From Octopus sinensis (Eukaryota), in NCBI RefSeq assembly GCF_006345805.1, contig NC_043006.1, positions 79,112,001 to 79,176,000 on the forward strand: 64,000 bases of DNA, read 5' to 3'. How positions within the stretch are numbered: position 1 is the first letter of the stretch; each line of letters opens with the position of its first letter. The notes under the pieces are model-generated. The model worked only from the letters and a program-made list of their open reading frames with translations. It was not told the DNA's origin and made no database searches. The translations under genes were made by a program, and so were the position numbers. Below, piece by piece: positions 27,226 through 39,700 of the stretch.

Positions 27226-27266
<41 letters not shown>

Positions 27267-27796
27267 TATTATAATATATATATTATATATATATAATTAT
27301 ATATAAGAAAAAGGATAGTTGGACAATGGCTAATTGTGGTTTTGAGGAACTGGGTCATACTGCCATTCCCCTTAATTTGTTCGGTTTTAGAAAGGCTGAC
27401 TACCCACTCCTTTTTCTACTCATTTGAGAAAGGAATAGAAATTGAAATATTACATATTAGAAAGAATACAAATCAATATATTTATTTAACTTGTACTATT
27501 TAGTTGTGAGAATTTTTATTTATTTAGATGTATTGGTCTTATTTATTGATAGTTTAAGTTATTATATATATTTTTAGTTTATATTATTCAAGGAGGGTTT
27601 ATTTAAATAAACACTCCATGAATTGTGAGAATTAAAATAAACAGAGGAAGTAACCTTAAAATGAAATGTACCCATACCACTTGTAGATAGACTAGTTCCA
27701 TACATGTGATGCATAGTGAGTCATACCCCCGTTGCATATATATAAATTACATTATTTACATTTGACGGATATTTGTGCTCATCTTGTTTGTTGTTA

Positions 27797-27840
27797 ACAC
27801 AACGTTTCGGTTGATATACCCTCCAGCCTTCTTCAGGCGT
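27797..27840 (-). ncRNA. Minimal hammerhead of the Penelope-like terminal repeat
   Basis: ACGC-CUGAAGA-A-GGCUG(GAGGGUAUAU)CAACC-GAAA-CGUU-GUGU; one helix II mismatch; inverted copy at 28551-28589 lacks C3. Confidence 0.75.
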
Positions 27841-27924
27841 ATTGGGTTCTCATTCCTAAAGTATTTTTCGATATTATTATTATTATTATTATTATTAATA
27901 TCATTATTATTATTATTATTATTC

Positions 27925-27997
27925 AAGTCATTGCCTGGAATCGAACTCGGATCTTTGGGTTAGTAGCCAGCGCGCTTAACCACTACGCCATATGCCC
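27925..27997 (-). other. tRNA-like Pol III promoter segment inside the Penelope-like 3' region
   Basis: A box TGGCGTAGTGG, B box GTTCGATTCC, followed by (AAT)n. Confidence 0.7.
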
Positions 27998-28722
27998 GTG
28001 GGCAACAATGGAGTGAATTTTAGGGCTTATAAATCTAATATTTTCCTATCCTTCCTTAATACCGGTTCCCATACACTGTTCATATCTGCACTCGGTCTGC
28101 TTAGGCGGTTGTTGTGTCCTAGCGTATGTGCTGCTTCTTTTAGTTTCGTATTTTCCAGTGGTGTTCTCTGTCTATTATTTTAACTTCATCCCACAGGGGG
28201 AGGTGGTCTCCATTTTTCCATACATGATCAGCTATACCCGATTTATCAATATCTCTTCGTGTCGCAGCTTTGCGAAGTTCGTCTACCCTTATTTTGAGGG
28301 GGCTGCATGTTTCGCCTTTGTATAACCGACCACAGCTGCATGGGATGGAGTACACGCAGTCTTTGGTAATATTCTCCTCTATTAGTGGTTTTACTCGAAG
28401 GAGATATTTGCGAAGTGTTGTATTACTCTTGAATACTGTCCTGATGTCATATGGGCCGCATATCTTTTGTATCTTTTCGGAGAGGCCTTTCACATAGGGT
28501 AGACAGACTGTGGACAGTTTATTGGTTTCATCCTCTCTTTTCTTCATAAGTGATGAAGGCTGGAGGGTATATTAGCCGAAACGTAGTGTTAACAACGAAC
28601 AAGATGAGGACAAATATCCGTCAAATGTAAATAATGTACATAATTCCTCATCTCTTAAATATAGAACTATATATAAATTACTTTAACTAAATATATATAT
28701 AAGATAGACAGACAGATAATAA

Positions 28723-28772
<50 letters not shown>

Positions 28773-29507
28773 ATAGATAGCATGTAGATAGAGAGAGAGA
28801 TAGAGAGACAGACAGACAGATAGACAACCAGACAAATGGCGGTGACAGCGAAAGAGTTAGGAAGAATGTCGTCATATGACAGGATGTAGATTGTAACGTA
28901 TGATGAAACTCTCTAACAACCTAACACGAAAATAGTAACTTATGAATTATAGACCACATAATAAACGTAGTAATTACATTAAAGTAGGATGAGAAGTTGT
29001 CTTAAAGCAACCTACCACCACGGTCGTTATCATTAGAACTATTAATGAAACAGAAAATACTTTACTTCGAGACACGTGCAAGCAAACAGCCCGGCGGCGA
29101 ATTAGCAGCGTCGTCAGAATGCCTCACCAGTATTTGCCCTGAAGCTCCACCCTCTAAGTTCGAAACTCACCGGGGAATAGATTTTCGTTCATCATTTCGT
29201 GAATTGGAGCACGTGACATTTAAAAAACATTGACAATCAAGTCTGGTTGTTGATTAATGGAACTGTGAGACCGTCGAGCCGGAGGCCTTGCGGTATTTGC
29301 TACAGCTTATAGCCTTCTGAGTTCAAATCCCGCTGTAACCTACATGTACCAAAAGCTGAACTGCGCAAAAGCCTGTTGAATGGATTGCACTTCTGATTCA
29401 AAGATGTATCCATATCACACCTTGTAATTCTACTTTAGAATTGCCTTAACGATACACATGCCTGTGGAATACCCCACCACTTAACGCTAATTCAATGAAC
29501 AGGTAGT

Positions 29508-29880
29508 GAAGGCGTATGGCTCAGTGGTTTGAGCGCCGAGCTTACGATCATGAAGTTGTGAGCTCGAATCCCGGACCGGGTTGCGTGTTGTGTTCTTGAG
29601 CAAAAAACTTTATTTCACGTTGCCCCAGTTCACTCAGCTGTAGAAATGAGTTGCGATGTCACAAGTGCCAAGCTGTATCTGCTGTTGCCTTTCCCTTGGA
29701 TAACTCTTGTGGCGTGGAGAAGGGAGGCCGGTATGCATGAGCGACTGCTGGTCTTCCATAAACAACCTTGCCTGGACTTGTGCCTGGGAGGGTAACTTTC
29801 TAGGTGCAATCCCATGATCTGTGTGGTGACCTAAGAGGGTCTCAGTTGACCGAATGACTGTACACTCAGGAGAATGCATC
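29508..29880 (+). mobile_element. tRNA-derived SINE, third family (TCACGTTGCYCCAGTYCACTCAGCTG central domain)
   Basis: A/B boxes; related copies at 23040-23290, 32695-32945, 37510-37710 and 47393-47630 (all minus). Confidence 0.75.
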
Positions 29881-31274
29881 CTAATCAACATTATTATATA
29901 ATGTTGCTTTATAAGGCACCAAGTTGGCAGAATCGTTAGTACACCGAGCAAAATCCTTACTGGTATTTCTTTACACTCTGAGTTCAAATTCTGCCAAGGT
30001 CTACTTTGCTCTTTTTCATCTTTTCCGGGTCGATTAAATAGATACCCACCTCCAAAATTCCAGGCTTTGTGCCTATGGCAGAAAGGATTATATAATGCCA
30101 CTTAATAAAGGCGGCGCGTTGGTAGAATCGTCAGAGCGTCAGGCGAAATGATTTACAGTGTCTTTATGGCACTTTATGTTCTGGATCCAAATCTGGCCGA
30201 GGTCTGTTCTACTTTTCGTTCCTCCGGGGCCGATAAAATAAAGTACCAATCAAGTGCTTAGGTCACTGGTATCCATTAACACACCCCTTAAAATTGTTAG
30301 TCTTGTGTCTTAATCAGAAACAATTAGATTATGTCACTTTTTAAAGGTGGCGAGTTAGAGCATCAGAAGAAATGTCCCTCATATCTCTTACAACTCTTTA
30401 CGTTCCGAGTTCAAATCCCATTAAGTCAACTTATCCTTTTATCCTTCCGGGTGAGATAAAACAATGTATCAGTAAATTACTGGAGTTGGTGGTATCGATT
30501 TCCTTTAGAATTGTTAGTATTATGCCTAAGTTAGAAACAATTATATCATTATGTTACATGGCTCCGAATTCAATTTCAACTCGGTGTCAACTTTACTTTT
30601 ATTGTCCCAGAGTTGACAAAATAAATACCCACTGCACCCAACCTCCGAAAACTTATGATATTTTTGTCTTGGTTGATTGCTGAATCCTTCAAGAAAATAG
30701 AACTACCGTTGTCTTTTGGCAAAGAAGAGCGAATAGATTTCCTCATTCTGGTTGCTATTGTAAAGGAAGTCGGATGAAAGGTCTGGAGACAGAGCCATAC
30801 TTCTAACGACAAGCCTTCAACAATTTCATCAAGTACTGCTTGAGGAGGAAGGCGAGTACAGAGAAGAAAGTATTATCCTCGTCCCCAATAAATTTTGCGA
30901 AAGTTGAGACTTGTACTTAGAAAAATAACACGTTCAATAATGTGTTTCTAATTCGGGGGTGGAGGAGTTACTTAGAAAAAGACGACGAACTGTCCCTGTC
31001 TACTTACTTGCTTGTACTTGTGGCGACTTCACCCTAGGCGGGTTGAGTCGGCTTCTTCCTTGGAAGAAGTTTCGTGGGAATATGTGGATTTCACAAGCGG
31101 TCCCCAACAACCCCGCATGTAGAGACATCCTGTTTGCCGCAGATTGTCCGCAGACGCAGGGACAGAACAACCGAGGAGCCGCCGGTTGCCAAAACAGACA
31201 CTCCGAGGATTTTCACCAGAGCATTCCAGTTCTGTTCAAAACGTGTTTTTTTTTTTTGTCAGTTATAGTGTATC

Positions 31275-31564
31275 TGTGGAGGCACATGGCCTAGTGGTTA
31301 GAGCAGCGGACTCGCGGTCGAGGGATCGCGGGTTCGAATCTCAGACAGGGCCATGTGTGTGTTTATGAGCGAAACACCTAAGCTCCAGGCGTCTCCGGCA
31401 GAAGGTAATGGCGAACTTCTGCTGACTCTTTCGCCACGACTTTCTCTCACTCTTTCCTCCTGCATCTTGCAGCTCACCTGGACGGACCGGCGACGGACCT
31501 ATACGCCAAGGAAACCGGGAAACCGACCCTTATGAGCCAGGCATGGCTCGAGAGGAAACAAACA
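31275..31564 (+). mobile_element. tRNA-derived SINE, fourth family (GGACTCGCGG head)
   Basis: 10-bp TSD atagtgtatc at 31265 and 31565; copy 34867-35148 has 12-bp TSD tgtatgtattgt; others at 36472-36850, 42950-43510, 61130-61380. Confidence 0.88.
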
Positions 31565-34500
31565 ATAGTGTATCCAGGACTACACTTTGTAATGTCTCCA
31601 AGCGTTATTTTTTTTTTTTTTTTTTTCAAGAAAAATATGATTTGAGGATTATTTGGTTACTATTTCCAGTTGTTCAAGTGGGCATGTAAACGTGTCATTT
31701 CTAGCTCGTGTAATTTGTGTTGACGTGATAAAGGTAACAACAATAGCGGCGGCAGTAGTAGTGCTGGTGGTGCTGCTGGTTGTGGCAGCGGTGGAATTAG
31801 TGGCGGTGGCGGTCGTGTCGATGGCAATGTCGGTAACAGTGTCAGAGGTGGCAGTGATGTGGGTGTTGGTGGTGGTGATGGCGATAGTGACTGAAAACAA
31901 CAATTCTATTATTCTAATGTTGCTATTTTACAAGCCAACTAACAACACGTTTCATGTAACTTTATATCTTCACTCTTTCCTCTCCTCCCTCCTCCATACA
32001 GGCAACCTGTCTTTCCGCTGCAAACGGCATGGCGGCCATTGTCTTTTATATATATATTTTTTTTACCTCGGACATTGGACAATGTTAATAACAAGTATTT
32101 TTCAAAGAAAATATTTCTCCACGCACAACATATTTGAGAAGAAACCATTCAGTCATCTTCCTCCGTATCTCAAACAATGGATTCTTTTAACCTGTTATTT
32201 TATTTCATTGTTTTCCCTTTATTCCTCTTTTAAACTGTATTGTATATCGGTCTGTCTTTACGCAGTTACATCTGCATATCAATTTGTTTTGTGTTCTGTT
32301 TATATATATACGTGTGTGTGTGTGAAAGAAAGAAAGAAAGAAAGAGCATGCGTGTGTGTGTGTGTGTGTACATACATACATACATACATACAGAAAAAGT
32401 TGCTGGGAGTAAGGAACACTGTAATTGATCTCCCTCAATCCTTTTCATAATGCAATATAGTTTTAATAATAGCTTCCGATTTAGGCACAAAGCCAGCAAT
32501 TTTAAGGGGATGAGAGTTAGCTGATTACATCAAATCTAGTACTAGGCTAGTACTTTATTTTCTCTATCCCGAAGGAGGCAAGGCAAAGTTGACCTCGGCA
32601 GGATTTGATCTCAGAACGTCATGACCCAGAACAAATACCACAAAGCATTTCCTCCGATGCTTTAACGTCCCTTTATAATAAATAAAAATAATAAATGTTC
32701 CTTCTCGAGCCATGCCAGGCTCATAAGGGTCGGTTTCCCGATTTCAGTGGCGTAGAAATTCCCCACCTCGACGGGACACCGGTCCGTCGCAGGATTACTC
32801 ATTTTTGCCAGCTGAGTGGACTGGAGCAACGTGAAAAATGAAGTGTTTTGCTCAAGAACACAACGCATCGCCCGGTCCAGGAATCGAAACCACAACCTTA
32901 TGATCATGAGTTCAACACCCTAACCACTAAGTCACGCGCCTCCACCCCCTTTATAACGGTTTCCAATTTTTAGGCAGTAAGACGATAAGATCGACTCCGG
33001 TTTGCTTTGTCGATCTCAGAGGAATGAAAGGCAAAGTTTACCCCAGCAGAGTTCGAACTGAAAACGTAATGAGTAGGAAGAAATACCGTTTGGTATTTTT
33101 TTCCAAGCTTGCCACCCTTTATAATAAATCATAACCCTTTCTAATTTTGGTCCAATACCAGTAATTTTGGAGGAAGTGACAAGTCAATTTTATTCAACTT
33201 GTTTTATTTTATGGACCTTAAATGGATGAAAAGCGAAGTCGACTTCAATGGAATTTGAACTAAGAAATGTGAAAAGCCAAAAGAAATGTAGCTAAGAACT
33301 GTGTTCGACACACTAACGATTCTGCCAACTAACTGCTTTAATAATAATAATTCTTTATAATTTTGGCACACGGCCTGCAAATTTATGGAGAAGGAGTAAT
33401 CAATTATATGGATGATCAGTTCCAACTCTTGCCATCTAAGCAGAATATGTTTTGTTGAAGATGTTTAATAATTCCAAAACATGTTCGTTGCATTCGCCTA
33501 TTGAATTTAAGGCCAAATCCATTCCAAACTGCAAAATAATTTTTCCAAAAAACTTTCACTGGCTGAGCTTATCGTAGTTACCGTCCTTGCTTGTTTTATT
33601 TTTTGTTTGTTTTCTTTTTTACTTTTTAAACTCTTGTACAGCGAATTTGTTGACCAATAATTGTGAAAATAATCTGTTTATCGTGCATGAGACTCCAACA
33701 TTTCTTAACATCTATCAACTCATTAATCACTTTCTTATTTGTTGGTTTTTAACTTTTGAATATAATGAATTGCTTTCAATTACATATGGAAAACAAAATA
33801 AAACGGTCCGTGGGTGTTACAGAGTAAAAAGTTCTCTCAATGTTTACACCTGAATATTATTACGAAAATTTTCAGCAAGGATGGTCCAAACAAGAATTCA
33901 ATTACACAATAGGTGTGGTGTTCTAAATTATCTTTATTGTTTTTGTTTGTGATTTATGAGTGAGAAAAATTTTTCCCAGAGTGAGAGAAATTATGTCAAC
34001 TCCTAGAAGATAAACAACATGACAAACATGTAGATATTGGGTGGAATTTCATTGCGAGAATGTCAATAGTAGATTAATGCAGGAATTTTTTTTTTACTAC
34101 TCTAGATACAAAGCCCGAAATTTTGGGGGAGGTGAGTCCAGTCGATTACATAGAGTCCAGTATGCAACTGGTACTTAATTTATCGACCCCGAAAGGATGA
34201 AAGGCAAAGTCGACCTCGGCGGAATTTGAACTCAGAACGTAGCGGCAGACGAAATACCTATTTCTTTATTGCCCACAAGGAGCTAAACATAGAGGGAACA
34301 AACAAGGACAGACAAATGGATTAAGTCGATTATATCGACCCAAGTGCGTAACTGGTACTTATTTAATCGATCCCGAAAGGATGAAAGGCAAAGTCGACCT
34401 CGGCGGAATTTGAACTCAGAACGTAACGGCAGAGGAAATACGGCTATGCATTTCGCCGAGCGTGCTAACGTTTCTGCCAGCTCGTCGCCTTTGTAGATCA

Positions 34501-35774
34501 ATGCAGTAATTTTGTTGATATAATACGCGTCCGTAAGGCGATGGGTTAGCAGAGTCGTTAGCACGCCGAGCAAGATACTAAGCGGTATTTCGCCCGTCTT
34601 CACGTTCTGAGTTCAACTTCTGCCGAGATCGACTTTGCATTTCATCCTTTTAAGATCCTGAAAACAAGTACCAGTTGATGTAATCGACCTAATCGACTTA
34701 GTCTATCCCACCGAAATTTGAAACCGATATTACGTGTCTATGTGTGAACGTTTGGTGGAAGGAGGGAGGAAGAGATGTTGGGGGGAGGGAAAGAAAGAAA
34801 TTGGAAATGAGAGATAGAAATATGCGTAAGAAATGGAAAAGTAAATATGTGAGCTGTATGTATTGTTTGGAGGCACATGGCCTAGTGGTTAGAGCAGCGG
34901 ACTCGCGGTCAAGGGATCGCGGGTTCGAATCTCAGACGGGGCGATGTTTTTGTTTATGAGCGAAACACCTAAGCTCCACGCAGCTTCAGCAGGAAGTAAT
35001 GACGAACTTCTGCTGACTCTTTCGCCACAACTTTCTCTCACTCTTTCCTCCTGCATTTTGCGTCCCGTCCAGGTGGGGAACCTATACGCCAAGGAAACCG
35101 GGGAGCCGGCCCTTATGAGCCAGGCATGGCTCGAGAAGGAACAAACAATGTATGTATTGTGTGGGCATTATGTGTGTGTGAGGCGGCTAGCAGACAGAAT
35201 CGTTAGTACGCCGGGCGAAATGCTTAGGGGCATTTCATCTGCCGCTCCGTTCTGAGTTCAAATTCCGCCGAGGTCGACTTTCCCTTTCATCTTTTTGGGG
35301 TCGATAAATTAAATATCAGTGAAACACAGGGGTCGATTTAATCGACTAGTCCCCTCCCCACAAATCTGAGGCCTTGTGCCACCAGGAGAAAGGATAATTA
35401 TATGTGTGTGTGAGAGAGAGATGGGGAGTGTGAGACGTAAAAGGTATATTAATGAACAACGGAGAAAGATTAAAAAAACAATGATTGGAAAGAGAAAGAG
35501 TGGGGGAGATACAGATGGAAACTGGAAGGGGGGATTGGTGATAGAGTGAAAGATAGACCACGCAGGAAGAAACAACAAAATGTGTGGCTGTGTGGTAAGT
35601 AGCTTGCTTACGAACCACATGGTTCCGGGTTCAGTCCCACTGCGTGACACCTTGAGCAAGTGTCTTCTACTATAGCCTCGGGCCGACCAAAGTTTTGTGA
35701 GTGGATTTGGTAGACGGAAACTGAAAGAAGCCTGTCGTGTATATGTATATATATATATATTATATATTGAGTTC

Positions 35775-35978
35775 AATATGTGACCGCGTGGGTAGGCGAT
35801 TTTCTTTCTCCGTCTTCCCTTCCTTGGACTTTTCCTGTTTTCTATATTTCTGACGAAGAGCTCCGCTCGAAACGTTAAATCCTCCTTCTTTCTCTTCTTT
35901 CCTGAGCGTCCAATAACACTATACTAGTTCCACGTCCTTGCGTTGTTGTGTTTTCTCTTTGTTCATGTTTGGATTAAC
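35775..35978 (+). mobile_element. Family A hammerhead element, copy 3 (ribozyme 35846-35880), nested in the internal microsatellite of a SINE
   Basis: AUUU-CUGACGA-AGAGCUCCGCUC-GAAA-CGUU-AAAU; SINE 5' half ends at ~35740 and 3' half resumes at ~36045. Confidence 0.85.
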
Positions 35979-37741
35979 TATGTGTGTGAGTGTGTGTGTG
36001 TGTGTGTGTTGTGTGTGTGTGTGTTGTGTGTGTGTGTGTGTGTGTTTATGTTTGGCTCCCCAACATCGCTTGACAACCGATGCTGGTGTCTTTACGTCCC
36101 CGTAACTTAGTTGTTCGGCAGAAAGAGACCGGTAGAATAAGTACTAGGCTTACAAAGAATAAGTCCTTGGGTCGATTTCCTCGACTAAAGGCGGTGCTCC
36201 AGCATGGCCACAGTCAAATGACTGAAACAAGTAATAGAGTAAAAGAGTAACAGAAACAACTAGAAATAAACAAAAAGAGAAAAAGAAAAAGAAAGAAAAG
36301 GGAGATACTGGAGGGAAAAGACACAATTTAGCCTGACCGTCATGTCACCGTTCCTATTCTCCCCTTTCTTCACAATTTAATATCATTAAAACAGATTCGA
36401 CAAGGTAGTGGTTTCTTTGTTATTGTTTTATCTGGCAAATGACGGAATTGCTATCGTTGTAGACAACGTACGGAGGCGCAATGGCCCATTGGTTAGGGCA
36501 GCGGACTCGCGGTCGTAGGATCGCGGTTTCGATTCCCAGACCGGGCGTTGTGAGTGTTTATTGAGCGAAAACACCTAAAATTCCACGAGGCTCCGGCAGG
36601 GGATGGTGGTGATCCCTGCTGTACTCTTTCACCACAACTTTCTCTTACTCCTACTTCCTGTTTCTGTTGTACCTGTATTTCAAAGGGCCGGCCTTGTCAT
36701 TCTCTGTGTCACGCTGAATATCCCCGAGAACTACGTTAAGGGTACACGTGTCTGTGGAATGCTCAGCCACTTACACGTTAATTTCACGAGCAGGCTGTTC
36801 CGTTGATAGGATCAACCGAAACTCTCGTCGTCGTAACCGACGGAGTGATTCCATCCATCAGACAACGTACGCTTGCATAAGACTTAGATATGTGTTCTTC
36901 TGAGTTCAAATCCAACTGAAATCTACTTGTTTGTTTCCTTGAAGCTGTTTTTTTTTTTGTAGCTTGGCATTTTTTATTTATTTATTTATTCACTTCCAAA
37001 ATTCAGGAGTCAAGATTAATTGGAATTAATTACCGTGCGAAGATATTGACTCTATCATCACTTATAATATTTTGCCTTATTCTGTTAAGAATCAGGCGCA
37101 GGAGTGGCTGTGTAGTAAGTAGCTTGCTAAACAACCACATGGTTCCGGGTTCAGTCCCACTGTGTAGTACCTTGGGCAAGTGTCTTCTACTATAGCCCCG
37201 GGCCAACCAAAGCCTTGTGAGTGGATTTGGTATGTATGTATGTATGTATGTATGTATGTATGTATGTATGTGTGTGTATGTGTGTGTGTGTGTGTTTTCC
37301 CCCCTCCCCCCAACATCGCTTGACAACCGATGCTGGTGTGTTTACATCCTCGTCACTTAGCGGTTAGGCAATAGACCGATAGAATAAGTACTAGGCTTAC
37401 AAAGAATAAGTCCTGCGGTCGATTTGCTCGACTAAAGGCGGTGCTCCAGCATGGCCGTAGTCAAATGACTGAAACAAATAAAAGAATAAAAAAAAATCAT
37501 TGCTCCTAGCGCTGGCTCTCCGTCTGTTACGAGACGAGGGTTCCAGTTGATCCTACTAGTTCTACCTTTGAAATACAGGTACAACTGGCTTTTGCCAGTT
37601 GAGTGGACTGAAGCAACGTGAAATAAAGTGTCCTGCTTAAGGACACAACGCGTCGCCGGTAATTGAACTCTCGACTTTACGATCGTGAGCCGAATACTCT
37701 AACCACATTATTACTGTTGTTAGAAATAAGCATAAAATATC

Positions 37742-37974
37742 TATTTCTTTATTACCCACAAGGGGCTAAACACAGAGGGGACAAACAAGGACAGACATAG
37801 GTATTAAGTCGATTACATCGACACCAGTGCGTAACTGGTACTTAATTTATCGACCCCGAAAGGAAGAAAAGCAAAGTCGACCTCGGCGGAATTTGAACTT
37901 AGAACGCAGCGGCGGACGAAATACTGCAAAGCATTTCGCCCGGCGTGCTAACGCTTCTGCCAGCTCACCGCCTT
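37742..37974 (-). mobile_element. Young full-length SINE with 18-bp TSD
   Basis: aaataagcataaaatatc at 37724-37741 and 37975-37992. Confidence 0.9.
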
Positions 37975-38120
37975 AAATAAGCATAAAATATCGACAAGGA
38001 GCATTCAAGTCATCTTAACTTCAATTCACCCCTCCCATACAAAATTGTGACAATGTACCTATGACTTCTCTATCTCTCAATTTCATTGAAGCACTAACAG
38101 GTCACTTAGTTAGCTAAATA

Positions 38121-38566
38121 GGATCTTTTCGGTTTGAACGGCAGTTTTTTTCTAGCGGTGTCATATGAAATTGTCACCCATAATTATGACCCTAGTATCG
38201 ATCTATTGCATTTCAATCTGTTTTAGGGTTAGGGTTAGTTAGGGTTAGGGTTAGGGTTAGGGTTAGGGGTGAGGGGAAGGGTATCTTTTTTTCTTCACAA
38301 ATGTAAATAAACCCAATCTGTTTCTTAAACAAGGGACATATTAATAGGGCACCGAATGTTTTCACCTCAATAGACGTCATTGATTGATTGAAATTGCAGA
38401 AATTGAAGAAAAAAAACAACAAATATCTTACAAACTATAGAATTTTCTCAATAAAGTCAAGAGAAAAAGATGTTTTATAAACACATTCTACCAGTATACG
38501 AAGTTTAAAAGTGTTTAGTTACGTGGAAATTATTTTTAAAAACAGCCGGTCAAACCGAAAAGATCC
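38121..38566. mobile_element. 446-bp TIR element (MITE-like) containing (TTAGGG)n
   Basis: 22-bp TIR GGATCTTTTCGGTTTGA(A/C)CGGC, 21/22 match; telomeric-type hexamers at ~38223-38268. Confidence 0.85.
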
Positions 38567-38759
38567 AAACTTCCTAAGGAACCATATATGAGGGTGGGCG
38601 TGGACGGACTGACGTGCAATATGGCACGGAACTATTAAACATGAATGTAGCGAGACTGATATAATATATGTTTGAAATTGAGAGAAGGCTATTATGTTAT
38701 TTTGTAAAGCTTCTCAAACTGATTCCATTGTAACCTTTTTCTGTTGGTGTTTTTTTCAG

Positions 38760-38867
38760 TTCCCGAAGACACTGAAGGATTAACAGACGAGTATTGCCTT
38801 GAGATAAGCTTCAGCGTACCAGAAATACAACAGGAAAGTTACAGTTTAGAATACAATCAAAGAATAC
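38760..38867 (+). CDS. Internal coding exon (phase 1-1) of PMP22/claudin-like tetraspan gene; end of first extracellular loop, (x)PEDTEGLTDEYCLEISFSVPEIQQESYSLEYNQRI
   Basis: Acceptor ttttttcag at 38751-38759, donor gtgagt at 38868; 108 nt, open; the terminal C joins AT of the next exon to give His (YNQRI-H-LMRTHLAF); carries the loop Cys. Confidence 0.8.
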
Positions 38868-38939
38868 GTGAGTAAATTTATTTCAAAATAACTTGCAGAG
38901 ACACTGCCCTCCGGATGATTCTCTGCCAATGTGTATTGT

Positions 38940-38971
<32 letters not shown>

Positions 38972-39152
38972 GCAAGCGAGCAGGCAGTCAAAGAGACAGG
39001 TAGATAGATAGGCAGGCAAGCAGGCAGGCAGGCAGGCAGACACACATATACATACATACATACATACATACATACATACATACATACATACATACGTACG
39101 TACGTACGTACGTACGTACGTACATACATACATACATACATACATACATACA

Positions 39153-39184
<32 letters not shown>

Positions 39185-39194
39185 CATACATACA

Positions 39195-39630
39195 TGGTGG
39201 CTGCCCCTCGTTATCGAGTATGGCCATTGCACGAAGCTTAATCAATGTTGTTATCGTGTAATGCCTGTGCAAGAAGATTTTTTTAAAGTGAGGAAAGGCT
39301 GTGCACTGAGTCAATCCCACTCACTAAGCAACAGCAGCCATAATCCGAAAAGAAGAACAAGTCAACATCATCGGTAACCACTGAGCCGCAGGTTTTATGT
39401 CGAAGTTATCCCAGTTACCTGAGTTACCTTCTCCTAGAAGGATGCTCTAACAAAGTTCCTCCGCCCTTTGACGGGTTTTCTTTTTCATCCCGCAGGGTGT
39501 CCAATAAACACCCTCCTCACCAAGCAAGCTTGGTGGGGTTGCCGGTTTAGTCGCCAACGACCCGACCATGCAACAGGTTGTACTGGGTTACATGTTACCA
39601 GTAGCACTCGAAAGTGACCTGACATAACAT
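39195..39630. mobile_element. Two short RTE-related non-coding elements, back to back, each ending in (ACAT)n
   Basis: Minus element contains CTAGGAGAAGG(T)AACTC, resembling RTE 5' UTRs; tails at 39040-39195 and 39628-39700. Confidence 0.45.
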
Positions 39631-39669
39631 ACATACATACATACATACATACATACATACATACATACA

Positions 39670-39699
<30 letters not shown>

Positions 39700-39700
<1 letters not shown>

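Larger units (their letters stand above)
27751..28667 (-). mobile_element. 5'-truncated and inverted Penelope-like element: GIY-YIG endonuclease, tRNA-like segment and hammerheads
   Basis: 14-bp TSD tatatataaattac at 27737-27750 and 28668-28681; minus ORF CLPYVKGLSE…CVYSIPCSCGRLYKGET…SGIADHVW; 27751-27835 is inverted relative to 28551-28640. Confidence 0.9.

Noticed and set aside
29900-30560. Regularly recurring ~30-bp motif resembling a CRISPR array
   Set aside because: These are clustered degenerate SINE copies in eukaryotic DNA; spacing is irregular and there are no cas genes.
31653-32450. 265-aa ORF with a hydrophobic V/A-rich stretch, considered as the missing TM1 exon
   Set aside because: It derives from a degenerate (GGT/GGC/GAT) trinucleotide tract; no W or GLW-C motif and no matching splice phase.
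38223-38268. (TTAGGG)n as a chromosome end or fusion relic
   Set aside because: The array is short and enclosed by the TIRs of a mobile element.
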